Source: a virus
Lineage: Duplodnaviria > Caudoviricetes
Virus record (IMG/VR): IMGVR_UViG_3300034375_010173
Coordinates: 1 to 25,226 of that record
Direction: 5' to 3' (one strand)
Length of the DNA: 25,226 nucleotides
Below, piece by piece: positions 7,318-14,668 of the stretch (positions are counted from its first letter, which is position 1; each line of letters opens with the position of its first letter). The position numbers and the translations under genes are program-made. Under the pieces are notes generated by a model that saw only the letters and a list, made by a program, of their open reading frames with translations, had not been told where the DNA came from and ran no database searches.

Positions 7318-7560
7318 TTAGTCCGCTTGGCTGTGGTAGGTAACTCCTGCGGCAAGGTCCTCGGTGACCTTGACGAGGTTCTCTGCTCTCTGCTCGAAGC
7401 TAATTCCCTTGACTTCCACAGCCTTGACATACGAGTGGCCAATCGCCTGAGAGGCTCTGGCAAAGTAATCTTCAAGCTCATCAATGCTGATCGACTCGAA
7501 AGTCATCTCGATGGAGGTCACCTGGTGACCGTCTCGGTGTATCAGAGTCAGAGTCTCCAT
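7318..7560 (-). CDS. Hypothetical protein (METLTLIHRDG...)
   Basis: ATG 7560 after AAGGAG; protein-like composition; overlaps the 3' end of the putative terS. Confidence 0.6.
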   Translation of the reverse strand: METLTLIHRDGHQVTSIEMTFESISIDELEDYFARASQAIGHSYVKAVEVKGISFEQRAENLVKVTEDLAAGVTYHSQAD

Positions 7561-8059
7561 TCTCAATCTCCTTTGTTGGGTTAATGACCTTTGCTTCCTT
7601 GCGGAGCTTGTGGGCAGTAATGAAATCCGTAGTGATGTTGGTGATCTGAACAGCAGCCTTCTCTCCGAAAGTCTCCCTATCCAGCATCTTCGCATTCTCA
7701 TTCGCAGACTGGATAGCAGTCCGAATCTCCCGATAGTCCACGATCTCTCCCTGCTCCAACCTCTCTTCCAGGTTTGCTGTCTGCTTCTGAGAGATCCTCG
7801 AGCTCGTCAGAGCGAGGTCCTTTGCCTGCAGCTTTTTCAGTACCTCGAGCTCCTGCTGTTTGATTGCTGGGAACTTATCCAGATACTCCCGGTAGTAGGC
7901 GTAGGGGATCTGATGCTTATCCAGAACCTCGTGATATCTCCGGTCGTACTTTTCGAGAGCCAGCACGTCCTCCCAGAGCCGAGACCAAAACTCTGGGTTT
8001 TTGGCTCGGATCACGAAGTTATGAATTTTTTGATCTCGTCGCTTTTGGTTACCTGCCAT
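7481..8059 (-). CDS. Probable terminase small subunit
   Basis: Helical protein with an HTH-like N-terminal half, ending in 'AKMLDRETFGEKAAVQITNI', reminiscent of the (P/R)xx(Y/F)G(D/E)K..V tail of TerS proteins; upstream of terL in the same operon. Confidence 0.55.
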   Translation of the reverse strand: MAGNQKRRDQKIHNFVIRAKNPEFWSRLWEDVLALEKYDRRYHEVLDKHQIPYAYYREYLDKFPAIKQQELEVLKKLQAKDLALTSSRISQKQTANLEERLEQGEIVDYREIRTAIQSANENAKMLDRETFGEKAAVQITNITTDFITAHKLRKEAKVINPTKEIENGDSDSDTPRRSPGDLHRDDFRVDQH

Positions 8060-8065
8060 TTCCTG

Positions 8066-8259
8066 GTTGAACTAATTTTTTGGTTTTTGTTGAGCTTACG
8101 AGGTGTTCACCTGTTCCTGTATCTCTCCCCCCTTAAGGGGGAGAGAGATTTACAGTCAGTTGAACAGTGTGTTGAACACAACCACGTAGATAGCTGGAGT
8201 TGAACAGTTGAACATCAAATAGACTCTAGTTGAACATCTGGTTGAACATCTATTGAACT
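8066..8259. repeat. Iteron-like GTTGAACA direct repeats plus a palindrome; candidate replication origin
   Basis: GTTGAACA at 8159, 8171, 8199, 8207, 8229 and 8241; variants at 8066 and 8252; near-perfect palindrome TCTCTCCCCC(C)TTAAGGGGGAGAGA at 8122-8146; overlaps the 3' end of the helicase gene. Confidence 0.7.
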
Positions 8260-9498
8260 AGCTCTAGCCACATAATCTTCCTGGAATTTAAGCAGTGAAT
8301 GGAGCTCCCCAAACAGACCTTTGTAGTTGTTTCGGATGTTGCTCAACACACTTCTCGACACTCCCTTTTTAGAGCAGATCGAATTCACTGCCTTCACCAG
8401 AAACCAGGTAGGAGCGTTCTCGCTCTGTAGGCGAGCCGCTCTCTCCACTTCGAGGAAGGATTCCCAGAAAAGGAGAGCATTACCGGAAAGACCTCCCTTC
8501 ATCCTGGGAGCCTGTTCTGCTCCTTGAAGAACACAAGTCGTCACAGGAGAACCATCGGGCTTGACCACGTTCTCCAACGTCACTTCTCGGAGCTCCATCG
8601 TGATCGCGTCAGGAATCGCACTATCCTTTGATTTTGTGCAGCTAAGAGTCATCACTCCCTCAGTAGATCCAAGGGCATACTCGACATCTACAGCACCACG
8701 TAAGGCAGTGGATCCTCTCGCACCACGGGCAGCATCTTTCCCACTGTGATGAACCAGCAGAATCGCACAGGACCAGATCCTCCGGAGCTCATCTAAGAGC
8801 CCGATAAACTTATTCATATCCCGAGTGGAATTCTCGTCAGATTCACCAAAATGTCTGGCAACCGTATCGATGACGATCAGCTTGGGCTCCTCTCCATTCT
8901 TCTCTGTGATCTTCTCCAGAGATCTGGCAATAGCCTGCACAGACTCCAGGTCTGTCAGATCGGCTCCCTTCGTACTGATCTGCATTCTATGTGGAGAGAT
9001 GATCCCGAACTGTTCCTGCCAGGCAGAGAGTCTTCTCTGCAGTCCTGGCCTTCCTTCACCAGCTAGATAGACCACTGGACCCTCAGCAACCGTTCTCCCT
9101 TGCCAGGACAGACCGGTCGCGATGGAGCAGGCCCAATCGAGTGCAAGAAAACTCTTGCCGCAATTAGGTGGACCTACCAACGCAACAACCGAATCTTCCT
9201 CAAGGACACCATCCACCAACTGAGGTGGTGCAGACATCTCGGCACAAAAGAGCCCTACGTCCTCAAAGATCGCGTTGGACCTTCGAGGCTTTGGCTCAGG
9301 AAGCTCAGGTTTGACAGGCTCTGTCTTCTCCTCTTTTGGAGGGAAGTCATCATCGAAGGACAATTGGTCAACCTCTTCCGGATCTTCGATCTTTCTTGTC
9401 CACACCTCTCGAGCTCTGTCCTGAGCCTTGTCCTGGAACTTTCGAATTGCTGTTAGCAACTCGTCCGCTGTCTTGCCTTGCTTGATCGCTGTTTCCAA
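8215..9498 (-). CDS. RepA-family (AAA_25, SF4-like) replicative helicase
   Basis: Walker A GPPNCGKS, YLAGEG, Walker B LIVIDT, DENS..DM, LLVHHSGKD..RGARGSTALRGAVD. Confidence 0.9.
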   Translation of the reverse strand: METAIKQGKTADELLTAIRKFQDKAQDRAREVWTRKIEDPEEVDQLSFDDDFPPKEEKTEPVKPELPEPKPRRSNAIFEDVGLFCAEMSAPPQLVDGVLEEDSVVALVGPPNCGKSFLALDWACSIATGLSWQGRTVAEGPVVYLAGEGRPGLQRRLSAWQEQFGIISPHRMQISTKGADLTDLESVQAIARSLEKITEKNGEEPKLIVIDTVARHFGESDENSTRDMNKFIGLLDELRRIWSCAILLVHHSGKDAARGARGSTALRGAVDVEYALGSTEGVMTLSCTKSKDSAIPDAITMELREVTLENVVKPDGSPVTTCVLQGAEQAPRMKGGLSGNALLFWESFLEVERAARLQSENAPTWFLVKAVNSICSKKGVSRSVLSNIRNNYKGLFGELHSLLKFQEDYVARASSIDVQPDVQLESI

Positions 9499-9610
9499 AT
9501 TCCCTCCTCAGAGCAGATTCTGCGAACTTGCTCCGTTCTCCCTTGGGGATATTAGATAATTTATCCACTGTCTCTTGCGAGAGTGTGAACAACACTTGTA
9601 CTCTTCTCAT
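9368..9610 (-). CDS. Putative ribbon-helix-helix (CopG/Arc-like) DNA-binding protein
   Basis: MRRVQVLFTLSQETVDKL....GERSKFAESALR: beta strand plus two helices. The C-terminal tail overlaps the helicase start. Confidence 0.6.
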   Translation of the reverse strand: MRRVQVLFTLSQETVDKLSNIPKGERSKFAESALRREFGNSDQARQDSGRVANSNSKVPGQGSGQSSRGVDKKDRRSGRG

Positions 9611-9769
9611 TCACTTCCAATGTGGTGCGGGGAGCTTCAGTGAGAAAGTCTCTTAAACTCACTTATCGCTTTGTGGGGATATGACACACCGGCCACTTTA
9701 ATTTAAGAGCACCAGCGACTGGAAAAACTGGCCTCTTAGGAGGAGTAGCCACCCACTTACCCCGCTTGT

Positions 9770-10258
9770 TTAAAATGGAGCGACCGAGTCGTCCACGTTG
9801 TTGCCTTCATCCCTGGACCAACCTGTCCCTTCCTCCCAGGGAGGGAGTCCAGATAGATTGGAGCTCACATACTTCACCTCAGTCCGCTCGTACTGCTTGC
9901 CTGACTGGGACACACCGTAGTCACCGGTAGGCCTTACTGAGAAGGCCACCGGCTGACCAGCTAGCAATGTGTTGCCGTTACTCAGCGTGAGCTTCTCCAC
10001 GATCCCAAGAGCCGAGAACAGTCTCGCCAGAAACTCGTGGCCCATCTCGGTAGCCTTTGGGTTCTTGTGGCCAATCCAACCTCGTTTTCTGGAAGTACCA
10101 TCTCCAGATCGGAAGGTAATTTGGTACTGCTGGCCGTTTGCAATGGGTTCGAGGAGCTCGAACTGATCGACCGAACCAGTGTAATTTCCACTAGCCAGGA
10201 TCCGATCGCGTATCTCAATCGTCGTGTTTTGTGGGTCAAAAAGAACGGTTTCACTCAT
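9770..10258 (-). CDS. Putative single-stranded DNA-binding protein (DUF669-like)
   Basis: G.Y.G.V OB-like start, acidic SSB-like C-terminus NNVDDSVAPF, located downstream of a Sak4-like gene; start at ATG 10258. Confidence 0.65.
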   Translation of the reverse strand: MSETVLFDPQNTTIEIRDRILASGNYTGSVDQFELLEPIANGQQYQITFRSGDGTSRKRGWIGHKNPKATEMGHEFLARLFSALGIVEKLTLSNGNTLLAGQPVAFSVRPTGDYGVSQSGKQYERTEVKYVSSNLSGLPPWEEGTGWSRDEGNNVDDSVAPF

Positions 10259-10277
10259 TTGTTGCCTTCTAAAATCA

Positions 10278-10613
10278 TTAGAAATCAAACTCGGTATACC
10301 TTGCTGTATTTAGCCAGCCATACAGAGCGTGGTGATTGTTGGTAAAATTAACGGTTGGGCCAAAGAACTCGGTTCGAAACTCTGACAAGGTCTCGGCATT
10401 CAGATCCCCATAGTCTGGGAAATACTTCTCAATACATACGACATCGCAGAAGTACATCTGATCCACTTTGTGCTGAATCAGATACCTCTGGGCTCGGAAC
10501 TCTCCACACTCGTCACACTCGCGTTTGAAGGCATCCAACCGGTCCAACCTGGTGATCACCGCATTCGGACCAAGAGCTCGACGGATCCGAGTCTTGACGA
10601 GTGTTGGGATCAC
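10278..10613 (-). CDS. Hypothetical zinc-finger protein (CDEC...FCDVVC)
   Basis: GTGA overlap with the upstream stop; two Cys pairs. Confidence 0.65.
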   Translation of the reverse strand: MIPTLVKTRIRRALGPNAVITRLDRLDAFKRECDECGEFRAQRYLIQHKVDQMYFCDVVCIEKYFPDYGDLNAETLSEFRTEFFGPTVNFTNNHHALYGWLNTARYTEFDF

Positions 10614-11371
10614 TTCTTACTGATCGCTTTGACAATGGTCTCGTAATCCGGATTGATGATTGGTTCCGTTAACCCAAACCGGTTACCAGCGAGATAACTG
10701 CTGGTCTCCGTAACGTAGAGCACTCTTTGCTGCAGGTACTGCACGTTGTCTTTACCTGCGACTCTGCTGACTGTTGTGTCTAGTGATAGGAACCCAATTA
10801 GTTCAGCCCACTCGCTAAGTAACCCAGCGGCTCTCTTGTCGAGCTTAGGTTCCCAACGATCGTGCTCTGGCATCATCGGGTCACTGACGGTTCTTTGTGT
10901 GGTGTGGCACACAAAGCCCACATTCATCTGTTTCTTAACCTGGAGATAATCGAGAGCCGAAAGAATTTTCTGCCAATACTTTACGGCTCCAGTCCTTCCC
11001 TTAGCGAAAGCGATGTCATCGATGGACTTGTCCTTCCACTGTTCCCGGAAGTGATCCTTGAGGATCTGCTCCCAGATAATTGCCTCTAACCAATCCGCAC
11101 TATCGATGAAGAAACTCTTGTAAGTATGAGGTTCTGTAGCGAGAGCTCGAAGCTGATCAAGGATGGTTTGGAAATCAGCGCCACACCAATCTAGTCTTGG
11201 GAAGCCGTATCTTTCGCTTCCTCTTTCAACATCGCCAAGTAGCGCTTTAGTGAATGATGCAATGAGGGTTGTCTTCCCTGATTTTGGCTTTCCGATAAAG
11301 AGAGCTTTGATCGGGGGGGACTTTTTATCTGTTGCGATGAGCTCTGATAATTTTGAAATTGTTTCTCCCAA
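10610..11371 (-). CDS. Sak4-like / AAA_24 phage recombination ATPase
   Basis: Walker A GKPKSGKTT, YKSFFIDSADWLE, FVCH, D.WEPKL, EWAELIGF, AGNRFGL; TTG start after AGGAG. Confidence 0.85.
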   Translation of the reverse strand: MGETISKLSELIATDKKSPPIKALFIGKPKSGKTTLIASFTKALLGDVERGSERYGFPRLDWCGADFQTILDQLRALATEPHTYKSFFIDSADWLEAIIWEQILKDHFREQWKDKSIDDIAFAKGRTGAVKYWQKILSALDYLQVKKQMNVGFVCHTTQRTVSDPMMPEHDRWEPKLDKRAAGLLSEWAELIGFLSLDTTVSRVAGKDNVQYLQQRVLYVTETSSYLAGNRFGLTEPIINPDYETIVKAISKK

Positions 11372-11544
11372 TTTTTCTCCTCTAGTAATGCCTGATCATT
11401 ATCGATGTATTGCCCACGCGAAGGGGACCAGCGTTGCCAACCATCCTCTGGAGACCACACTGTCTTTAGGATCCTTTGGAGCCTTTGAGGGCCCTTGGCC
11501 GCAAAGCGAGATTTTCCTTTTGAGTTGAACTTCTTTGATGTCAT
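11191..11544 (-). CDS. Hypothetical protein
   Basis: ATGA-coupled to the upstream gene and fills the gap, but the last ~60 codons overlap the Sak4-like gene. Confidence 0.45.
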   Translation of the reverse strand: MTSKKFNSKGKSRFAAKGPQRLQRILKTVWSPEDGWQRWSPSRGQYIDNDQALLEEKNWEKQFQNYQSSSQQIKSPPRSKLSLSESQNQGRQPSLHHSLKRYLAMLKEEAKDTASQD

Positions 11545-12035
11545 TCATCTGAGCCTCTAAGTAGGATTTGATGATCATCGTGGCCAGTCACATCTGCTGG
11601 CATCGCTGGCAGATGTTGAACCTGCCCTCCACGTTTTAGATATTCTTCGATTTGTTCCTGGTAGGCAGAGCCCTCAATTGGCATCGGTTCGCTGGGCTGA
11701 CCGATCCAATCCGGATACTCTTTAGCGGTTGGTATCCAAGCGAGTGGATACTCAGAATCACTGTTGCGATACTTACGGACACCCATCATCTGACGATTGG
11801 CAGCGTATGATCTGCGCTTTGAAACCTTCACGCAGTCATCGCAGTACTTCCTCCGGTAATTGGCAGCCGTCATCATAAAGGTATAAGGCTTTTTACAAAC
11901 CTCACACTCGAGCGTCACTGGCTTGGGATTACGTCTCTGGGCATCTCGGCAAGTCCGAGAGCAGAGACTGTATCGACCCTTTGGGACAGGCTTCCCACAC
12001 TGGATGCAATCCTTAACGGCTGACAGGGTAGGCAC
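11541..12035 (-). CDS. Zinc-finger protein with a C-terminal SutA-like motif; first gene of the leftward early operon
   Basis: CIQC..CSRTC and CEVC..YCDDC; C-terminal QEQIEEYLKRGGQVQHLP; GTG start after AGGAG. Confidence 0.7.
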   Translation of the reverse strand: MPTLSAVKDCIQCGKPVPKGRYSLCSRTCRDAQRRNPKPVTLECEVCKKPYTFMMTAANYRRKYCDDCVKVSKRRSYAANRQMMGVRKYRNSDSEYPLAWIPTAKEYPDWIGQPSEPMPIEGSAYQEQIEEYLKRGGQVQHLPAMPADVTGHDDHQILLRGSDE

Positions 12036-12120
12036 ACACTCCTATGTGTTGGGGGGAGCCCAGTCTCAACGTCACTGTCGAGAGGCAAGAGGGAGGAGTT
12101 GCCTTCTTCCTGGGCTCAAA

Positions 12121-12288
12121 TATTGAATGAACTTATGTTGATATCAAAATATATATATTGATATTTTTTAACTGTCAATAGTCGTTTTCACTTTTATCAA
12201 CACTGTTACTTAATTTTTACGGGGGGGGGGATTTTAATCAGTGCATTTGAATCCATCTTTAAAATTTTAAACTTCTAATGGAAAAAAG
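12121..12288. promoter_or_regulatory. Divergent immunity/promoter region (leftward sigma70-like promoter, candidate operators)
   Basis: AT-rich; minus-strand TTGACA (12178-12173) followed after 17 nt by TATATATTT; palindromes TTGATATCAA (12138-12147) and AATATATATATT (12148-12159). Confidence 0.65.
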
Positions 12289-12927
12289 ATGAACCAAACA
12301 CCACTAGTTAATTTCATAAAAAAAACCCTTAAAATTCGCTCAGATGCTGAACTAGCAAGGAATTTGGGGCAATCTCCTGCGAGTTTTAATGCGAAAAAGA
12401 TCCGAGGGACAATAGATCTAATAGAAATCCGCGACTTGTTTGTGCGGGAGGGTACAGACGTAAAGATTTTAGAAGATTTTTTAAGTAAACCTTCTTTGCA
12501 CATTCCTGCTAATGAGAAATTATCAACTAGCCAATATCGAGAAGTCCCTGAGTACAACGTCCGGGTATCCGCAGGACACGGGGAGTATCAAGGGATCGAG
12601 CACGTGAAACAGGAGCTCCAGATCCCTAAGCAGTGGCTCCCCGATAATGGGAAAGTTGGGCTGGTCAAAGTGGAGGGAGACTCAATGTGGCCTACGATCG
12701 CTCACGGGGATTTTGTCGGTGTGGAGTTTAGCAGTGGCTATACTAGTGACGGGCTCTATCTGATTCGAGTCGAGGACGCAGCTTTTGTTAAAAGATTACA
12801 GAAAGAGTTTAATTTGATACGGATCATCTCAGACAATCCGCAGTATAGAGAGATGACCGTATCTCCAGATGATGGGAGTGACTTTGGCTTGATCGGACGG
12901 GTAGCACTCATCGTCAGAATGACGTGA
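12289..12927 (+). CDS. cI: CI-like phage repressor (HTH plus S24 autopeptidase)
   Basis: HTH SDAELARNLGQSPASF, Ala-Gly cleavage site VSAGHG, catalytic VEGDSM.P and FVKRLQ. Confidence 0.92.
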   Translation: MNQTPLVNFIKKTLKIRSDAELARNLGQSPASFNAKKIRGTIDLIEIRDLFVREGTDVKILEDFLSKPSLHIPANEKLSTSQYREVPEYNVRVSAGHGEYQGIEHVKQELQIPKQWLPDNGKVGLVKVEGDSMWPTIAHGDFVGVEFSSGYTSDGLYLIRVEDAAFVKRLQKEFNLIRIISDNPQYREMTVSPDDGSDFGLIGRVALIVRMT

Positions 12928-12944
12928 GTGCTGTAGTTTAGATA

Positions 12945-13280
12945 TTAGCTGGGGATTACTTCGTAGTCGTCTTCAGCTTTTTGAGAGTCAAATAATAACT
13001 TGCTGACCTTGCTATGCATTGCACGGTTAAGCATCGCATTTACTTTTTCATAATTTGATTTTAACTCGTTCAATTTTGATCGATAAGGTATAGCAGCCGT
13101 AAGTGGGACATATCGAGCTTCACGTTCAGTTGAAATACTTATATTGCCAACTATCGAGCCGTCATCTACACGACCTTCTTGCCAGTCTAGCCGTAAAACG
13201 TCTAAAGTATTAAGTATTTCGTCTGTGGTATTACCTTTGTCTACGTAAAAGGTGATTACTACTTTATCTTTAGTGTGCAT
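12945..13280 (-). CDS. Low-GC hypothetical protein (moron-like) between cI and int
   Basis: GGAGG RBS, own upstream promoter, AT-rich codons. Confidence 0.7.
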   Translation of the reverse strand: MHTKDKVVITFYVDKGNTTDEILNTLDVLRLDWQEGRVDDGSIVGNISISTEREARYVPLTAAIPYRSKLNELKSNYEKVNAMLNRAMHSKVSKLLFDSQKAEDDYEVIPS

Positions 13281-13314
13281 ACGTCCTCCAAGTAATTGAG
13301 TGATTGGTTAAGGT

Positions 13315-13430
13315 AGGCAGCAGATAGTCTAGGTTAACGGACGGTATCAATAAGCTGGCTGGCATTGGCTTGATACCGCTAATATCTACTGCCTGTGTAA
13401 ATATATATATATATTATATGTTGACGTCAA
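13315..13430 (-). promoter_or_regulatory. Promoter plus long hairpin leader for the 12945..13280 gene
   Basis: Minus-strand TTGACG (13430-13425)-N17-TATATATTT; stems 13315-13326/13383-13394 and 13342-13350/13370-13378. Confidence 0.55.
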
Positions 13431-13442
13431 TAGATAATTTAA

Positions 13443-14477
13443 ATGGGTAGAAAAAAAGTCCGTATTTACCAACATCCGAGCAGAAACGTCTACATCGGTC
13501 GCTATCACGAGACGGGTAAGGAGGTTACTCTGATATCCGTTGAGGAACTAAAACAGATCTGTGGGCGATCTGAGCAACGGAAAAATCAATTGCTCGAGAA
13601 ATTATACCAGGATAATGACCAGGTTCTCCCCAGTGATGAACGAGATGCTTTTCTTCAGATGATCCTCAACACTCGCTCCCCCAATACCTATAGAGATTAT
13701 AAGAATGCTCTCCAGAAACTCCCTGAGCTCTCTGAGAAAGGGATTCAGCAACTAATCAGCAACGAGAAGGCAGCTGGTCGATCTGAGGCGAGTATCAATA
13801 GCTACCTGCGAGCAGTACGTGTCTACTCCAATTGGTCTGCAGCCAGATCCAAGACCCAGCCTGTCGAGGTCAAGATGCTCAGAGAGGTCTCCAAACCTGT
13901 TGCTGCATTCACAGAACAGCAATTGGATCAACTGGAAGATTATCTGGAAGGGAAGAAAGAAGAAGGCAAGCGCTGGAGATTATTAAGACTAGCTCACCAC
14001 GTCCTACGCCACACTGGGCTCAGAGGATCCGAGCTCCTCCACCTCACCTGGGAAGATGTCTCGATCGATACCCGAGAGATCCGAGTCGGTGACTCCGAGC
14101 TCCAACGAGTCAAAGGGAGGAAAGAGCAGCTGATAGTATTCCCTCAGATCCTGCAACCAGTCCTGGAGAACGAAATAAAAGACCACCACTATCTACTCCA
14201 CAAATATTGGGCTCACCTTAATGAGCTCACTGCAGCAATGAGAAAGGTCCAGCGATCTCTGGGGATCTCTGGCCCCAAACCTCTCCACGGTTATCGCGCT
14301 TCCTATTGCAAAAGACTGTTCAACAGCGGATTCGCTGCTCCACTTGTGAAACGTTCTTTAAGACACGCAAGCATCACTACCACGATCGGCTACTACGATG
14401 ATCAGGTCACCGATCTGCGAAACGCATTCGACTGCAAATATCTCGGCAATATCCCGGCAAACGACTCGCTAGACTAG
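13443..14477 (+). CDS. int: Tyrosine recombinase (phage integrase)
   Basis: TGLRGSEL (R), VKGRK (K), LHGYR (HxxR), LRHASI (H), TIGYY (Y); adjacent to a tRNA-fragment att site. Confidence 0.93.
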   Translation: MGRKKVRIYQHPSRNVYIGRYHETGKEVTLISVEELKQICGRSEQRKNQLLEKLYQDNDQVLPSDERDAFLQMILNTRSPNTYRDYKNALQKLPELSEKGIQQLISNEKAAGRSEASINSYLRAVRVYSNWSAARSKTQPVEVKMLREVSKPVAAFTEQQLDQLEDYLEGKKEEGKRWRLLRLAHHVLRHTGLRGSELLHLTWEDVSIDTREIRVGDSELQRVKGRKEQLIVFPQILQPVLENEIKDHHYLLHKYWAHLNELTAAMRKVQRSLGISGPKPLHGYRASYCKRLFNSGFAAPLVKRSLRHASITTTIGYYDDQVTDLRNAFDCKYLGNIPANDSLD

Positions 14478-14666
14478 GTGATTACTGGTAGGCTTCTGTG
14501 ACTTCTAATCAGTAGGTTTCAGGTTCAAGTCCTGATGGGCGCGCCAGCAAAATCAGATGATTTCAATAACTTATCAGGTTTATAAACAAAACTAATTGGT
14601 TTCGTATATGCGAAATATCCCGGTAATATCCGTGTAACTCTGCAAATATCCCGGTAATATCTCGGC
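14437..14666 (+). repeat. Integrase arm-type binding repeats AATATCYCGGY flanking the att core
   Basis: Tandem pairs at 14437/14448, 14614/14625 (second copy degenerate) and 14645/14656; IHF-like TTTCAATAACTTA at 14561-14573. Confidence 0.8.
14499..14546 (+). other. attP core: 3' half of tRNA-Arg(TCT), not a complete tRNA
   Basis: TGA-CTTCTAA-TCA anticodon loop, T-arm TCAGG-TTCAAGT-CCTGA, acceptor 3' strand TGGGCGC-G-CCA; no D-arm or 5' acceptor strand upstream. Confidence 0.88.
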
Positions 14667-14668
14667 AA

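Noticed and set aside
8159-8259. GTTGAACA repeats as a mini-CRISPR array
   Set aside because: Repeats are 8 bp with 0-20 bp irregular gaps and there are no cas genes; they fit iterons better.
14470-14546. Full-length tRNA-Arg gene
   Set aside because: No 5' acceptor strand (GCGCCCA expected) or D-arm, and the anticodon stem pairs for only 3 bp; it is an att core fragment.
14437-14666. AATATCYCGGY repeats as CRISPR or a ncRNA array
   Set aside because: 11-bp tandem pairs flanking an att core are typical integrase arm sites.
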